In this document: one piece after another, positions 1 through 13,150 of the stretch
Layout: the number at the start of each line of letters is the position of its first letter
Position numbering within the stretch: the first letter of the stretch is position 1
Source: Lama glama
Taxonomy: Eukaryota
Reading direction: 5' to 3'
NCBI GenBank assembly: GCA_028534125.1
Contig: CM052817.1
Span: forward strand, 83,764,001 to 83,828,000
Length of the DNA stretch: 64,000 nucleotides
The notes under the pieces: model-generated
What the model saw: only the letters and a program-made list of their open reading frames with translations
What the model was told of the DNA's origin: nothing
Database searches by the model: none
Program-made: the position numbers and the translations under genes

Positions 1-685
1 GCTTCTTTCTTGTATCACCAGAGCACAGGAAGGAATGCTGTATTCCAGGGTGATTTGTTTAACTTTTTGATTCTTACTATCATTGCTGTATCTGGTATTA
101 GTTCTCCATTTGAGATTCTCCAAGTAAAACTGCAGTGCTAAAGGATTTTGCCCTGTCCAACATTTTCACTACAAACTATATCTCAAATGATAGCATGCTT
201 ACCAAACTTGTGACTAAAAAAAAACTAAGAGGAATACATGATAAACTAGAGTAAATTGATAACCAAAATAAGTTAGATAATAATTAATAGGAATAAGTAA
301 AAAGTGCCATAATTAGTTTCAATAGATCAAGATCTAATACAAGGATTCTCGGGTAAACAACAGTACTTTATTTGTAAACAAAGACTCTGGATTTACTGAG
401 GGGAAAAATAAAATTATACTTTTATAAGAGAGAGCATATGTAAACTAATGAAGAGGAGAAAAGAACCCATATTGAAAGAGGAAAGAAAAAGAGTGTGTGG
501 TCACTGATAGAATAGCATATAATTGTGTAAAAGTTATAGAAATTAGAAAACAGAAATAAACTGAGACCATTCTACCAAGATATCTTCTATGTGACCATAA
601 GTTCTAGTAATAATTATTTTAAGGAGACTAGGCTAAGGTTGCAAAGAAAAATTTTAAGAACTGTAATATTTTAGGATATTCTAAG

Positions 686-1049
686 AGAGGGATCAGCAGA
701 CTATAGTCTGTAGGCCAAACCCAGCCTACCAACTGTATGGCCCATGAGCTAAGAATGGTTTTTGCAGATGAATATTTGTGATCAATTTGATGATAAGAAA
801 ACATTAACTCTGAATTCCAAAACAAACATAATGCCACTCCCCTCAAAGAATTCTACTTCTCTCATTATTAGACTTGTATTAAAAAAAAAAGTACTCATTA
901 ATTAGTACATTTTAAATTACTGCAAAATTTTGTGAAAATTTTTCTTTCTTGGTATCTATGTACTTACTTAATAACTTTAATTTTGCCTCTTGGCCTGCAA
1001 AGCCAAAAATATTTACCATCTGGACAAAAAAAAAGTCTGTGGACCCCTG
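686..1049. mobile_element. MER58-like hAT-Charlie non-autonomous DNA transposon relic
   Basis: Ends 'aggggatcagcagactat' and 'agtctgtggacccctg' form degenerate terminal inverted repeats. Internal 'tggcccatgagctaagaatggttttt' and 'tggcctgcaaagccaaaaatatttaccatctgg' resemble MER58. Confidence 0.7.
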
Positions 1050-2707
1050 TTCTCTTAAACTCTATGGACAGGGTCAGTGGGGATCACTGAGGACTCACCA
1101 GTAAATTAGAGCCAATCTTCTTGGTGAGGAAAGGTCAGTAGGTGAACCAGACTCATGTTTCCACAATTTATTCAAAGTGAACAGGGCTTGGCAACTAGTT
1201 TTACATATGCTCCCTTTATTAGGGAAACTAATTATGTTTTTAAAAGCAGTATACTTATTGAATTATTCTCAAAATACTCCCTTTTTATTTTAAAAGTGCT
1301 AAATTTAGAAAACAAATCAAGTATTGTTTATGGACAGATCATGTGAACTTAGAGGGACCCTAATGAGTATCAATTACTTGGACATAATTGCAACTGAGAG
1401 TAAGAAAAAAATTTCCTTTTTTAAGTAGGTTTATTTGGACAAAGCGACAGAATGTACCATAAGAACACATCTAACCGTAACTCAAGGATCCTGAAATCCA
1501 CCTGGGAAAAGAACAAAAACTACAAAGAAGCCAAAAGGACACTGAGGAAACCAGAGTCCCAAAGTCCATGTACTCTAGTTTATGCACTTGATTAATACTA
1601 GAGATCTTTAGCTTTCAGTTAGACCTTCCATGTTCTAACTACCCACAATTCTATTAAGTTTAGATATATGATTTCCAAATCCACAGTAAAATCTAAGTCC
1701 CCAAATAAAGTTGGGAGAAGAGAGGTTTGCAGACAGCCATAAAAATAGAGGTTCCCAACAGACAACAAAAACGTGATGAGGAGTAGTCTGTAGGCAGAAA
1801 AACTAAAAAGCAGACATGGAAAGTAGAGCAGTGTAGAACATATTAGTATAGAAGCAAATAGTCACAAATGCCTTAGGCTGGAGGATGTCACTCTAATACA
1901 ACATATTTCAGCACTAACACTCATTTTAATGATCTCAACATAAAATATAGATTAAATTGCATTCCATATATTCTGTTTGGTAAATTATGGACCAAAGAAA
2001 TACATTTTCCAAAGGGTTTCAAACAAAGCGATTTTTTACAAAAGGTTTCTTGCTTAAGGGGGACAAATGAGTAAAAATCAACATGGTCGTAGGCAGCTGA
2101 AGTTTACTTGTGAATTTTTTGGTTAAATACTTTAATAAGAAACATACTGTAACAATTCTGAATTATAGTCCATAAACTAGGATAAAAATAATCAGAATAA
2201 AAAGGGTCAAAACACACTTCATCCCCTAAATGCTTAAAAAATCAGCTTTTGGCATAGGATAAAGGTGAGCTCAGCTTAGGTTTACTTGCTAAAAAAGTAT
2301 CAGGAAGTTATCATGCACTTAGTTAAGTCAATACTGAGACCGGTATCTTCAAGTATCGATTAAAACCGTATTTTTCGAACTTTTGTGAAAGGTGTAAGGG
2401 GATCATTCCTGTAAAGGGCCAAATGCAAAATGAAGTGGCTTGGTTTGTGCATCACTGTTGGAGTAAAAAAAAATCAGTAGGCAGCTTGCGTTTCTCTAAC
2501 ACCTTCACCAGAACCCACCGGTTGAAGGCTCCGGGCAGCCAGACGCCCTTTCTCGGAAGTGGGAGCGCGTCTCCCGGTTTGGCGGGACCTACCGCCGGCT
2601 CCCGCCTCCCTGGCACCCCTCATTCGGCCCAATAAGGCTGACGCGGGAAAGGGGCGAGCCCCAAAAGCTCAGGAAGGTGAGGGAGACTTCCCCCAACATC
2701 CGCTCAC

Positions 2708-2772
2708 CTGCTTCCGGGTAGGCTGTCGCTTAAGAGCGGCTCCTGCTCAGCCTTGGCCTCCAAGCTCGCCAT
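2708..2772 (-). CDS. MFSD8: MFSD8/CLN7 first coding exon (MASLEAKAEQEPLLSDSLPGS-R); the rest of the gene lies left of the window
   Basis: Reverse-strand ATG at 2772, a 65-nt exon and a CAG|GTGAGC donor. It encodes the EQEPLL acidic dileucine lysosomal sorting motif of the MFSD8 N-terminus and lies head-to-head with ABHD18. Confidence 0.93.
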
Positions 2773-2999
2773 AGTCACTGCTCCCACAAGGCTTGAGGCC
2801 AACTCTCGCGACACCTCCTGCTCCCTCTTATTCCCGGCGACCCGAAGCTGTCAAAACAGGCCAGCAAGTGCGCGTGCTTGCCAGGCGACCAGAAGTGGGC
2901 GGAGCGCCCCAGGTCAGAGGCGGGGTCACGTAGGAGCAGATGAGGGAGTTAAGGGCGGAGCCTTAAATCCTTTTCCTCCTCCCTGGATCCGCGCCTCTC

Positions 3000-3239
3000 G
3001 GCCTGCAGAAACGTTGGGGAGAGTCAGAGAGAGTTCGGGGGCGTGTCCAAACAACCTCCCGGCCCAGGGCTCGGCTGCCTCTCTACGCTTTCCTGTCAGC
3101 TACCGCTCATTCCTCAGTTCCCGGAGAGGCCGCTGTCGCTGCTTTTGGGGCTCAGAAGGAAGGCAAGTCCCGGGTGCCTAGATTGCGGCGGCGCTGGAAG
3201 TCTCGGGCAGCTGGACAGCAGGCGTCCGCCGGGCGGCCA
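3000..3239 (+). other. ABHD18: ABHD18 non-coding exon 1 (start approximate)
   Basis: Strong donor CCA|GTAAGT at 3239/3240 inside the CpG island. The next exon begins with an acceptor upstream of its ATG, so a non-coding first exon is required. Confidence 0.7.
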
Positions 3240-4350
3240 GTAAGTAGCCGGTCCAGGCCGCACTTCCCAAGCCTCTTGCTGCGCTGCCTACGTGCCAGAA
3301 GGCAGGGACTGAGAGTGCAAGGCTTGGCGGGAGGCGCGGGGGTCTGGAGCCCGGGGCGAGGCGGGGGTCTCTGGTGGCCCGGTTGAGGTGGGCTGGTGGG
3401 CTGTCCCTGCCCACTGTGGAAGGTAGAGGTTGCTACGCAGTGTCGTTACAAAGGCACCTTACCCATAGTGCCTTGTTAGGACCTGGACTGAAGATGGGGT
3501 CCAGCCCCTTCTAATCTGCTGATCTTCAGACTTGAGCCCCACTGCCGCCTGCGCGGGCTGGAGGCTTCAGCCTTGCAGGATGACACTCAGTGGAGCCTAC
3601 TCCTGTAACCTGAGGGTTAGAAAAGGCACAGCAGCACTAGATTGACGATGACTCCTTTCATCACAAGGAAAATAACATTTTTAGAAAATATGTTATGGGT
3701 TATTTTGTTTGTTTTCAGTAGATCTTGGTACTGTTACTTTCCTGGTACTTACATATAAACATCTTACCCCTACAAGCAGGCTTGTAAGCTAATTGGTAGC
3801 AGTAGTCATGTGTGTCACAATCACTGTTTTATTAGCACTAGATACATTCTTAAGTGATTTCATTTGATCACAGCTGTCCTATAAGATTGGTAAACAGACC
3901 CATTTCTATTTTACAAAGAACTAAGGCTCAGAAAAGTTAATAACTTACCCAGAGCCATTCAGTGCGAAAGTGGTAGAGTGGGGACCCAAATTCAGTTGTT
4001 TCCCACCAATATTTATGAGCACTTATACTATGCCAGGCCCTGTACTAGTTATATGTTGTATGGTATATGCCGTCACTTTTGATCTTTGTCTTGTTTGTGA
4101 CCTTGTGTATATCCTATCAGACACATACCACTGGTGAACAGCTAAACTTGAAATGTGTTTTCTGTGAGTTCAGAATTATCTTCTGAATCTAGACCTGACG
4201 TTATGTACCTGGATTTAGTCTTGCAAATCTGTTTATAACAACTCACAAAAACATATCAGATTCTTATGATTGGTTCCAAGAAGGTACATGGGTAAAATTA
4301 GCATTTTTTGCCATAATGTTGCTATACTGTATCTCTGACTTCTTTTTAAT

Positions 4351-5005
4351 TTTTTTAATTTTTTTAATTTTTAAATTATCTTTTGGTTTAGAAAAGTTTT
4401 TACTGAGTTATAGTCAGTTTATAATGTGTGTCAATTTCTGGTGAACAATACAATTTTTCAATCATACATGAATATACATATATTCATTTTCATATTCTTT
4501 TTCACTGTGAGCTTGAATATATTTCCCCATGCTATGCAGTATAAACTTGTTTATCTATTCTTTATATACCTGTCAGTATCTACAAATCTCAAATTCCCAG
4601 TCTATCCCTCCCCACCCCGTCTCCCCTGGTAACCACAAGTTTGTATTCAATGTCCATGAGTCTGTTTCTGTTTTATATTTAAATTCATTTGTCTTCTTTT
4701 TTTTTTTTTTAGATTCCACATATGAGTGATATCATATGGTATTTTTCTTTCTCTTTCTGGCTTACTTCACTTAGAATAACATTCTCCAGGGATATCCATG
4801 TTGCTGCAAATGGCATTATGTTATCATTTTTATGGCCAAATAGTATTCCACTGTATAAATATACCACAACTTCTTTATCCAGTCATCTGTCAATAGACAT
4901 TTAGGTTGTTTCCAAGTGTTGGCTATTGTAAATAGTGCTGCTATGAATATTGGGGTGCAGGTGTCTTTTTGAATTAGGGTTCATTCTGGATATATGCCCA
5001 GGAGT
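4351..5005 (-). mobile_element. 5'-truncated L1 3' end, relatively young
   Basis: T-rich tail at left, antisense L1 3' UTR and ORF2 end, and a degenerate target-site duplication (TSD) TCTG(A/G)CTTCTTTTT near 4334 and 5006. Closely similar to the copy at 57180. Confidence 0.88.
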
Positions 5006-5119
5006 TCTGGCTTCTTTTTTAATCTCTGGAGTCTAGCACAGTGTATGGCATATATATATATTCAACAAAGGAGCTTTTAACCAGTATTGCACCAAGCAGA
5101 ATGGTTGAATGAATACTTT

Positions 5120-5300
5120 TTGAATTAACTCATTTCATCCCTACAATAATCCTCTGAGGCAGGATTGTCTCCGGCATAAAAGGAAATTGGAAGTATGGAG
5201 ATTAAGTAATTTGCCAAGGGTCATACAGCTAATAAGCAACAGAGCTAGAATCCAAGAAACATGACTCCTGACTATAAAGCCTGTGCTTTCCACCTACAGC
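5120..5300 (-). mobile_element. MIR SINE relic
   Basis: MIR core 'gagattaagtaatttgccaagggtcatacagctaataag'. Similar relics lie near 3860-4000, 13640-13820, 14750-14990, 24320-24490, 26490-26700, 46250-46490, 47780-47930 and 49590-49830. Confidence 0.75.
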
Positions 5301-7429
5301 CTTCCTATGAAAAGAATGTCAAAAAGAATCTTTTCTCATATCTCTCAAAATATTTCAAAACAGATAATCAATTTTTACATAAATGAAGTAATTTCCTATT
5401 ATATATTCAGCCAGCTATTATTCCCCTTTTATAGGTTAAGATGGCTTACTCAAGGTCACACTGCTAGTAGAGGAACCTAGGCCTTCTGACACTGCTATTT
5501 TCCATTGCTGCCTCCAAGTGATGACTTTAGATGGCAAAAGTACATGGACTGAGTACATGTACAACTGGTGAAATCTAAGCTCTGTGTGTTGTACCAATTA
5601 AAAAAAAAGCAAGAAAAGAACAAATTTCTTAGAAACATAGACACACAGAATACTCAAAGTAAACACTAAAAAAAGTTTTAAACACTTATTTTTTAAAGCA
5701 CATGGAAAAGAAGAACTAAATTTGAGATTCAGTTATTTGCTAAATGTTTCACATAAGCATACAAGACAGTCCACCTGTTGGATTTCCTTAGATGACTGCT
5801 TAGAATAGATAGCAGATAGACTGCTAGAATAGATACCCCTCTAAACAAATAAAGTTCCAGTTTTCCTACTCTTCTCCAGTGTAAGATTAAAAGGAATTAA
5901 ATTTGTCAAGGTAGGGTAGTCGATTTTCATAGTCAATATCTGGGGTATCTAAGCCCTAGTATAACTTGATACTTAAACTTGCCTTGAAAATAAGTGACTT
6001 AAAAGTGAAGTTATAAGATAAAAATTAGACCTGCATTTTTGTAGAGTAAAGTTCTTGTACATGGTGGTATTTTTTAAATTTCTTTTATGCCTTTGAGATA
6101 TGAGGAAAGCAGTCTAGAAAAAATTAGGGTTGCATTATTTAAATGCTTAAGTACCAGAGTGTTAGGAGATAAAAGTACTAGATGCATGACTTTTAACAAT
6201 AGAGTTCATTTCTTAAAAAGACTTAATTCCTTGGCACTGAACTAGAATTTCTATTTTTGTTTCACTTTGCTTTTCATTTTTTGCTTTGGCAGTATAAAAG
6301 AGTAGATGACAATTTTGTCAGTTTGGCTTGATACACACTTTAAAAGTGGGTCCTTTTCCTGCAGAAGCTAACTGGTGTCAGTCCAGCTTAGTGTGGAGGC
6401 TTTAAAAAATACCTGATGTGGCTCCAGATGGTGCCTCCTGTAAATTGGAGTTATCTATATGCTGGACTTGGATTATGATCTGTTCATGGTAACTCTGGAT
6501 AGCAGTTAACTCTGCCTAGAAAGACTGACATGTTTGCAGCGTCCCAGAAAACTGGTCTTTTATATTGTTCTTGGGACTAAAATGGGATTTAAGCAAATCT
6601 GTGTAATGCCAAATTCTAGAACCAGAGTTATCATAAGCTATGTGTGTGTTTGATTTGCTTTCTGTTCCTCATTGGTCAGTTGTTTACTGTCAGGTAAATG
6701 TAGCAAGTAAATGCTGGCTCTAGACTTGGAATGCTGACTCTTGTGGCCTATATTACATGGAATTAAAGTGGTTTGGAAGCTTTTCTAGTATAGGGTTGAA
6801 AATTAAAAATGACTAAACAATTTAGGCACCTAACATACTACTTTACAAAATACTTGAAGAGTTCATTTTTCTCAGGTCCTTTCTTGCTTCTCTGGCAACT
6901 TTCTACTTTTCCATGTTCGTCTTACCTTGTTTTTATTTATTATAAACCTAGAAGAATATTGTGTAGAAAAATGAGTTTTCTCATGAACAGTTTTTAGTAC
7001 TTTTCTTCTTTTTGTAAATGTGAGTGTTGGAATTTTTTTTTACACTAGCCTGGATTCTGCATATTGCTGTTGATGCCATGGATGTTATAAAGGAAAATAT
7101 TGGACCCTTTCTTTTCCTACCACTGTAGAGAAAATAAGTGGTCTGTAATACTTGCAAAAGATAATGAAGTCCTGTGTTATAATGACATGCCATTGTTCTG
7201 CTGCAGTTTAATAAAGGTATACAACAATGTATCAGTGCTATCTTTTGAACAATTCCAGAAAGACCCAAGGAGTAAAATAGTTAAAATTGTCATTCATCAC
7301 TCAGAATTGTCTTTTCCTTATGCTATAGAATGCCCCTGAATAGAGTTGCATATCTAAATATACAGAGTTCATCTCTTATTTGGAATATGGAACACTAATT
7401 GAGGATATTGGTAATTTGGTAAAGAATAA

Positions 7430-8122
7430 ACTGTGCCATTTCCACCCCAACTGGGTATACTCAATTCAGCTCTGACATTAATCACCAGCAGATTAACACT
7501 ACAGGAGTTAGTGCAGATGCCCACCAGTTAAGGGCTCAGTCCTCCAGATGCCATTGCTTCCAATGCATGCCACACTTCTGACTGACTTGGCTACAGATGT
7601 GGGCATTTCTGTGACCCCTTGGATTAATAATTTGCTAAACAACTCAAAGAACTTAAGAAACCACGTGCTATACTTCTTCTAACTTTATTATAAAGGATAC
7701 AACTTAGCAACAGCCAAATGAAGAGATGAATGAGGCAAGTTATAAGAGGAAATGTGAAGCTTCCATTCCCTTTTACCCTGGAGTCAGTGTGCATCACCCT
7801 CCAACACATCATGTTCATCAACAAAGAGGCTCAACCATGCCTTAGTGTCCATGATTGATTGAGTCATTGCCATGTGATTCGACTCAATCTCCAGCTCCTT
7901 TCCCCTCCTGGAGGTCAGGCTGGACCAAAGTCACCCCTCTAATCAAAGGGTTGGTCTTTCTGGTGACCAGACAGAAATTATCCTGAAACTATCTAGAGCC
8001 CCACCATGAGTCACCTCTTTGGCATAAAGATACTCCTATCACTCAGGAAATTTCCAAGAGTTTTAGGAGCTCCACACCAGGAAAGGGGGTCAAAGACCAG
8101 ATACATTCTTTATTATACCACA
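7430..8122 (-). mobile_element. MER21-like solo LTR
   Basis: 'caattcagctctgacattaatcacc...gagttagtgcaga...agttaagggctcagtcc' and the terminus 'ttattataccaca'. It is the reverse-complement counterpart of the 42690 element. Confidence 0.7.
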
Positions 8123-8599
8123 CTGACATTTACCCTTCAAAAAAAAAAAACTGGTCAAGCAGTTTAAATATATACTACATATACTTACTTGATTTTAATA
8201 ATTGCACTAAATTAGAAAGTGTGTATAATTAGGACAGCATTTCAGAAGCCAGTTTGCCTTTTACCATTTGTTTAATGAATAAAAACCAAAATACTAAAAT
8301 GCAAGGGTTTTTAACAAAACTATTTTGTTTTGGGGGTTTTTTGGTTTGCTTTTCTGGGCAAGTGTTTTTGAGTGAATGGAAATATATAAACATGATTTAG
8401 AAAATTCAGACAAATTTTCACGAACTCACATGCTTATAAACAAATGTTTATTCAGGTCTGTGGAATTTGTTGTTTATTTTCCTATTGGTAGGAAAATTGG
8501 AAGAAGGTATTGTCACCTATGACATTGAAAGCCCTGCAGGTATCAGCCCAGACATTCTGCTCAAAGGCTGATTGAAATTCACAGTTGGTTTCTCCCAAG

Positions 8600-8970
8600 A
8601 TGGCAGAGAGTCTCTAAGGTGGCCCTTTTGATCCCATCTTCTGATGTTTACTCCTTTGTGTAATCCCCTCCCTTTGAGTGTGGGCAGGACCTGTGATTTG
8701 CCTTCTAACCAACAGAGTATGGCAAAGGTGATCGGATATCACTCCCATGATTGTATTATATGATATGGCCAAGTTGATAGGATAATACTCCCATGGTTAC
8801 ATTGTTATGTTAGACTTTATCTTGCTAGCACACTCATTCTCACACTCCTGTTGGCCATGAAGAAGTAAGCTGTTCTGTTGTGAACGTCCTGTGAAGAGAG
8901 CCATGTGGTAGGGAAATGTGAACAGCCCCTAGGAGCTGAGGCTGGCCTCCGGCTGACAAACATCAAAATA
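8600..8970 (+). mobile_element. MLT1 (MaLR) LTR fragment, MLT1E-like
   Basis: 'tgtaatcccctccctttgagtgtgggcaggacctgtgatttg...ttctaaccaacagagtatggcaaaggtga' is characteristic of MLT1. Confidence 0.75.
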
Positions 8971-9571
8971 ATGATGACTTAAATGACTTAAATTATGCAG
9001 TGGTGTTTTTTTGAAGATAGCCTTGAGTTCTGTTCTAGGATTTATAGAATAATGAACTACTGCTTACTGAGAAAGCTGTCAAGAGGGAAAGAAAGTAACA
9101 ATTTACTTCCTCTGGAAAATTGTGTAGAGAGACTACCAAATTAACTCCAATTTCTAAATTTTTTTCATATTTTTTGTGGTAAAATACACGCCACATAAAA
9201 TGTACCATCTTAACCATTTTTAAGTGTACAGTTCAGTGGCATTAGATCATACTGTTGTGCAACTGTCCCCACCGTCCATCTGTAGAACTCTTTTCAATTG
9301 AAAAACTGAAACTGTATATTCATTAAACAATTACACCCTCCTCCATTTCCTCTTCCCCTGTCCTGCCCCTCAGCCTCTGGTAGCCACCATTCTGCTTTCT
9401 GTTTATGAATCTGGCTGCCTCATATAAGACTGAATCATACAATTCTGTCTCTAGGTACCTCATATAAGTAGAATCATATAATATTTGTCTTTTTGTAACT
9501 GGCTTGTTTCACTTAGCCTGATGTCCTTAAGGTTCATCCACCTTGTGGCATTTGTTAGAATTTCATTCCAT

Positions 9572-9697
9572 TCAAGTGGTAGAGCACATGCTTAGCATTC
9601 ATGAGGTCCTGGGTTCAATCCCCAGTACCGCCTCTAAAAATAAATAAATAAATAACCCTAATTACCTCCCCCCAACAAAATAAAAAGAAAGAAAAAA
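9572..9697 (+). mobile_element. tRNA-derived SINE (Vic-1-like), 5'-truncated
   Basis: A/B-box-like 'gtggtagagcacatgcttagc...ggtcctgggttcaatccccagtacc', an A-rich tail and TSD AATTT(C/A)ATTCC. Confidence 0.85.
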
Positions 9698-9736
9698 TAA
9701 TTTAATTCCTTTTTAAGGCTGAATAATATTCCATTG

Positions 9737-9738
<2 letters not shown>

Positions 9739-9784
<46 letters not shown>
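9739..9784. repeat. (GT)n microsatellite
   Basis: Uninterrupted GT run. Confidence 0.97.
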
Positions 9785-9786
<2 letters not shown>

Positions 9787-10599
9787 ACATGATATTTTGC
9801 TTATTCATTAGTCCATTGATAGACACTGGGGTTGCTTCCAGTTTCTAGCTACCAAATTCTAAATTTTAAGAAGGCAGTTAATCCAAAAGGCCTGAAAGAA
9901 GGAGTCAGATGTCCGAGGATACATACATTAAAATGCACAGTGGCATTTAGACACAGGCAACGGTCTGGTTAAACAGTATTCTTCTAAGAAAGATGGTCAA
10001 AATTAGCATGGATTATCTACTAATTTCTTCAGTTTTACCATCAGAGTATAGGAATAGCTTTTCTTAGAAAAATTAATGGGTGTTTCAAGTAGCTTTTAAA
10101 GTTTTCTGCAGATTTAATCATTAATGAAAATATAAAGAACAAAGGTTTTGAGTGAAAAGATAATTCACATTATTTACAAACGGAAGGTGCAAAATAAGGA
10201 TTTAGCCCACTGTTTCTAAGTGAGAGTAAGCTTTTTGGAGTCTGAGGACAAAAAGTAAGAGATTACAATGGGTGCAGTTCGAGTCTTCCTCTCTTATATC
10301 ACAGAACCTAAACCATACTGGAAAACCAAACCACATTTAAGAAGTGCAACCTTCCTGGAAAAATCCATCCCTTGTTGGAAGTGAACACATCTTTCCCCAT
10401 GAGAATAGTCTGAAATAAAATCATAAAAATAAAAACTTAATAAAAAAATCTTTAGTGAGGCCATAATATGGTATTGATTCAGCAATGATTTAAAAAGAAA
10501 TGCTTTTTATCATTTATCCTGAAAGCTTCACTGTGTATTGACTTTTTTAGGGTTATTAAAGATTAAATAATGCTGAGAAATCAAAACATTGACAATTTT

Positions 10600-10855
10600 T
10601 TTTTAAAATCAGAGTACAGTTGATCTACAATGTTGTGTTACTTTCAGATGTATGGCAAAGTGATTTAGTTATACATATATATCTATTTTTTTTCAGATTC
10701 TTTTCTATTATAAGATATTGAATATAGTTCCCTGTGCAATATAGTAGTTCCTTGTTGTTTTACTTATTTATAGTAGTGTGTATCTGTTAATCCCAAACTC
10801 CTAATTATTGCTAGCCCCTCTCTTTCCCCTTTAATAACCGTAAGTTCATCTTCTA
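10600..10855 (-). mobile_element. L1 3' end fragment
   Basis: 'gagtacagttgatctacaatgttgtgtta...gaatatagttccctgtgc...taaccgtaagtt', related to the 4351 and 57180 elements. Confidence 0.75.
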
Positions 10856-12009
10856 AAAAAGAAAAGGTGTACGGTAGACAGAACATGATTAATTAAATAA
10901 CTAGTGTTTACTTTAGATAGAACACTAATTTTAAGTCTACCCAGTGACATAATGAATTCTTTTAAAATCAATACCTGCATTTTATTTATGCCATCAGGAT
11001 TTCGATAATTTATAATTGTAATAAATATAGTGTTTTATAGTTGTGTCTTTGAATTTTTAACATTATTGTGACATTTATGACATACCTATGATTAAATTCT
11101 TATCATGCTTGGACTTTGACTTTACTAGGCAACAGCAAAAGGTTGTTCAGCAAACTGTGTGTTAACATTAGAATACCACATAGCTGTAAAATACATGGAA
11201 ATGTGTAATTGAGGAGAGCTTGAGAATAGTATATAATTTCATAGCAAGTCTTTAAAAATTGTTCAGTCAGAGAGAGTCATTTAAGAGCTTGGTGCATTAA
11301 GGTAAAGGGATTCTTAGTTTTTTTCCCCCATAAGATTAAGCTGAAAACAAAGGTTGATAGGTTTAAGTAATAACACATAAAGGCTTAAACCATTGGCATA
11401 AGAATTAATGAGTCCCCTCTCTGATTAGCAGTGCAAATGAATTGAGTAGGAAGATCATGGAAATCAAATTTTTAAAAATTATCTACATTTCTCCTTTGTT
11501 AACCTTAAATTTTGACTATATTTATAATAAAAAAATTTACTATACTTTTGTAAAGTGGTTAAAGTAAGCCAAAAAATATATTTTATCATTTGTAAGTATA
11601 AGCTACTTGGAAGCTTACATCATTCAATTCTGGATTAACTTTCCAAGTGAATATTGAAAAATTTTAGAATGTTTTAGGAAAGTTTTAAAAATACTTTTTC
11701 AGAGGAAGTGGCAAATAAATAAGTCCATAAGGACTTTTCAAAATGATTTTTGCTTTTGTTATTTTTTTAAACTGGGATTTATTTTACTCCTATAAACTAT
11801 AATAAAGTCTACAGAAATTTTATATGATTGATTGATATTTGATAGATTGATTCATTCAACACATTGATATATTAACACTTCTACAGTAATATCTTGATAC
11901 AATAATGCTGACAGAAGCTCTGTGTGTAATCCTAATAGAATTTCTTCATATTTAAAGGTACTGTAGAACTACTCTTAAAAACTTTGAGAAATCATCTTGT
12001 GGACTTTTT

Positions 12010-13150
12010 AATTTAAATTAATAGACTTTATTATGTATAACAGTTTTAGGTTTATAGAAAATTTCAGCAAGATAGTACACAGAGTTCCCATATATCCCTT
12101 CTACCCTTCACAGTTTCCCTGTTACCTTCTTGCATTAGTGTGGTATATTTGTTACACTTGATGAACTCAATATTGATATTTACTAAATAAAGTCCATAGT
12201 TTACCTTAGCGTACACTCTGTGTTATACAGTTCTGTGGGATTTGACGAATATTTAATATCATATATTTACCATTAAAGTATTATACAGAATAGTTTTCCT
12301 ACCTTAAAGTCCTCTCTGCTCTTTTGTCCATTTTTCGATTGGCTTGTTTCTTTTCTTTTGTTGAGTTTTGAGAGTTCTTTGTGTATTTTGGATACAAGTC
12401 CTTTATCAGATAGATGTTTTGCAAATATTTTCTCATAGTCTGGCTTGTCTTTTCATTTCTTGATGGAGCTCATTTTTTATGAATGTGTGTTGAATCAACC
12501 AGTTTCTTTAAGGTCTTGGAATATTTGCTGTATTTTCGCTGACTATGGTCTCTCGTGTATTCGTCTGAAAGTTTACAGTTTCACTTTTTATGCTTAGCTC
12601 TCTGATCCAGTCCACGTGGATATTTTTTGTGTGTACTTAGTATGAGGCATTGAGATTTAATTTAATTTTTTCCCACATGGATAACCAATTGCCCTGACAT
12701 CTATTACTGAACTTAGTAATAACGATACGTTTTAATACTTTGTTGACTCACTTGGGTTTTCTCTGTAATAGTCATACTCTTTGTGTGCAATGGCAGGCTT
12801 TCTCCCCCTTTTCTAATCTTTAAACCTTTTCATTATTTATTTTTCAGCTTTAGATATCTTGTTCTGTTTTAGAATGAAAGTGATAATAGTGGGAATTCTT
12901 AACCCTCACTTTTAAGGGAATGCTTCTAAAATTTCATCATTAAATATTATACAGTAGATTTTTGTTTTGTATCATATCAAATTAATCATGCTTTCCTACA
13001 TTCCTAGATTTTTTTACTTTATAGTTATGTCTGGATGCTGAATTGTATCAGATACTAGGAGTTTTTGTTTGCTTGTTTTCTTTATATCTCTAAGATATGT
13101 CTTTCTTTCTTGTTTAGTTAATGTAGTAAGTTATTCTAAACTATTCTTAC
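12010..13150 (-). mobile_element. Old L1 fragments
   Basis: 'gagagttctttgtgtattttggatacaagtcctttatcagatagatgttttgcaaatattttctc' is antisense L1 ORF2. Confidence 0.75.

Larger units (their letters stand above)
2480..3560. promoter_or_regulatory. CpG island, bidirectional MFSD8/ABHD18 promoter
   Basis: GC- and CpG-rich block in AT-rich surroundings, with GC boxes (GGGCGGAG near 2897 and 2953), TCTCGCGACA at 2804 and GTCACGTA at 2925. Divergent first exons flank it. Confidence 0.9.
9165..9850 (-). mobile_element. Old L1 (L1MB-like) 3' fragment interrupted by a SINE and a (GT)n tract
   Basis: Antisense L1 3' end 'taaaatgtaccatcttaaccatttttaagtgtacagttcagtggcatt'. Confidence 0.8.

Noticed and set aside
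2423..3414. Several overlapping ORFs (66-142 aa) in the first CpG island
   Set aside because: Expected from stop-poor GC-rich DNA; low-complexity Arg/Pro/Gly content with no recognisable domain. The real coding piece is the short minus-strand MFSD8 exon.
6981..7339. Opposing 95-aa and 79-aa ORFs in ABHD18 intron 1
   Set aside because: No recognisable homology and no convincing exon structure.
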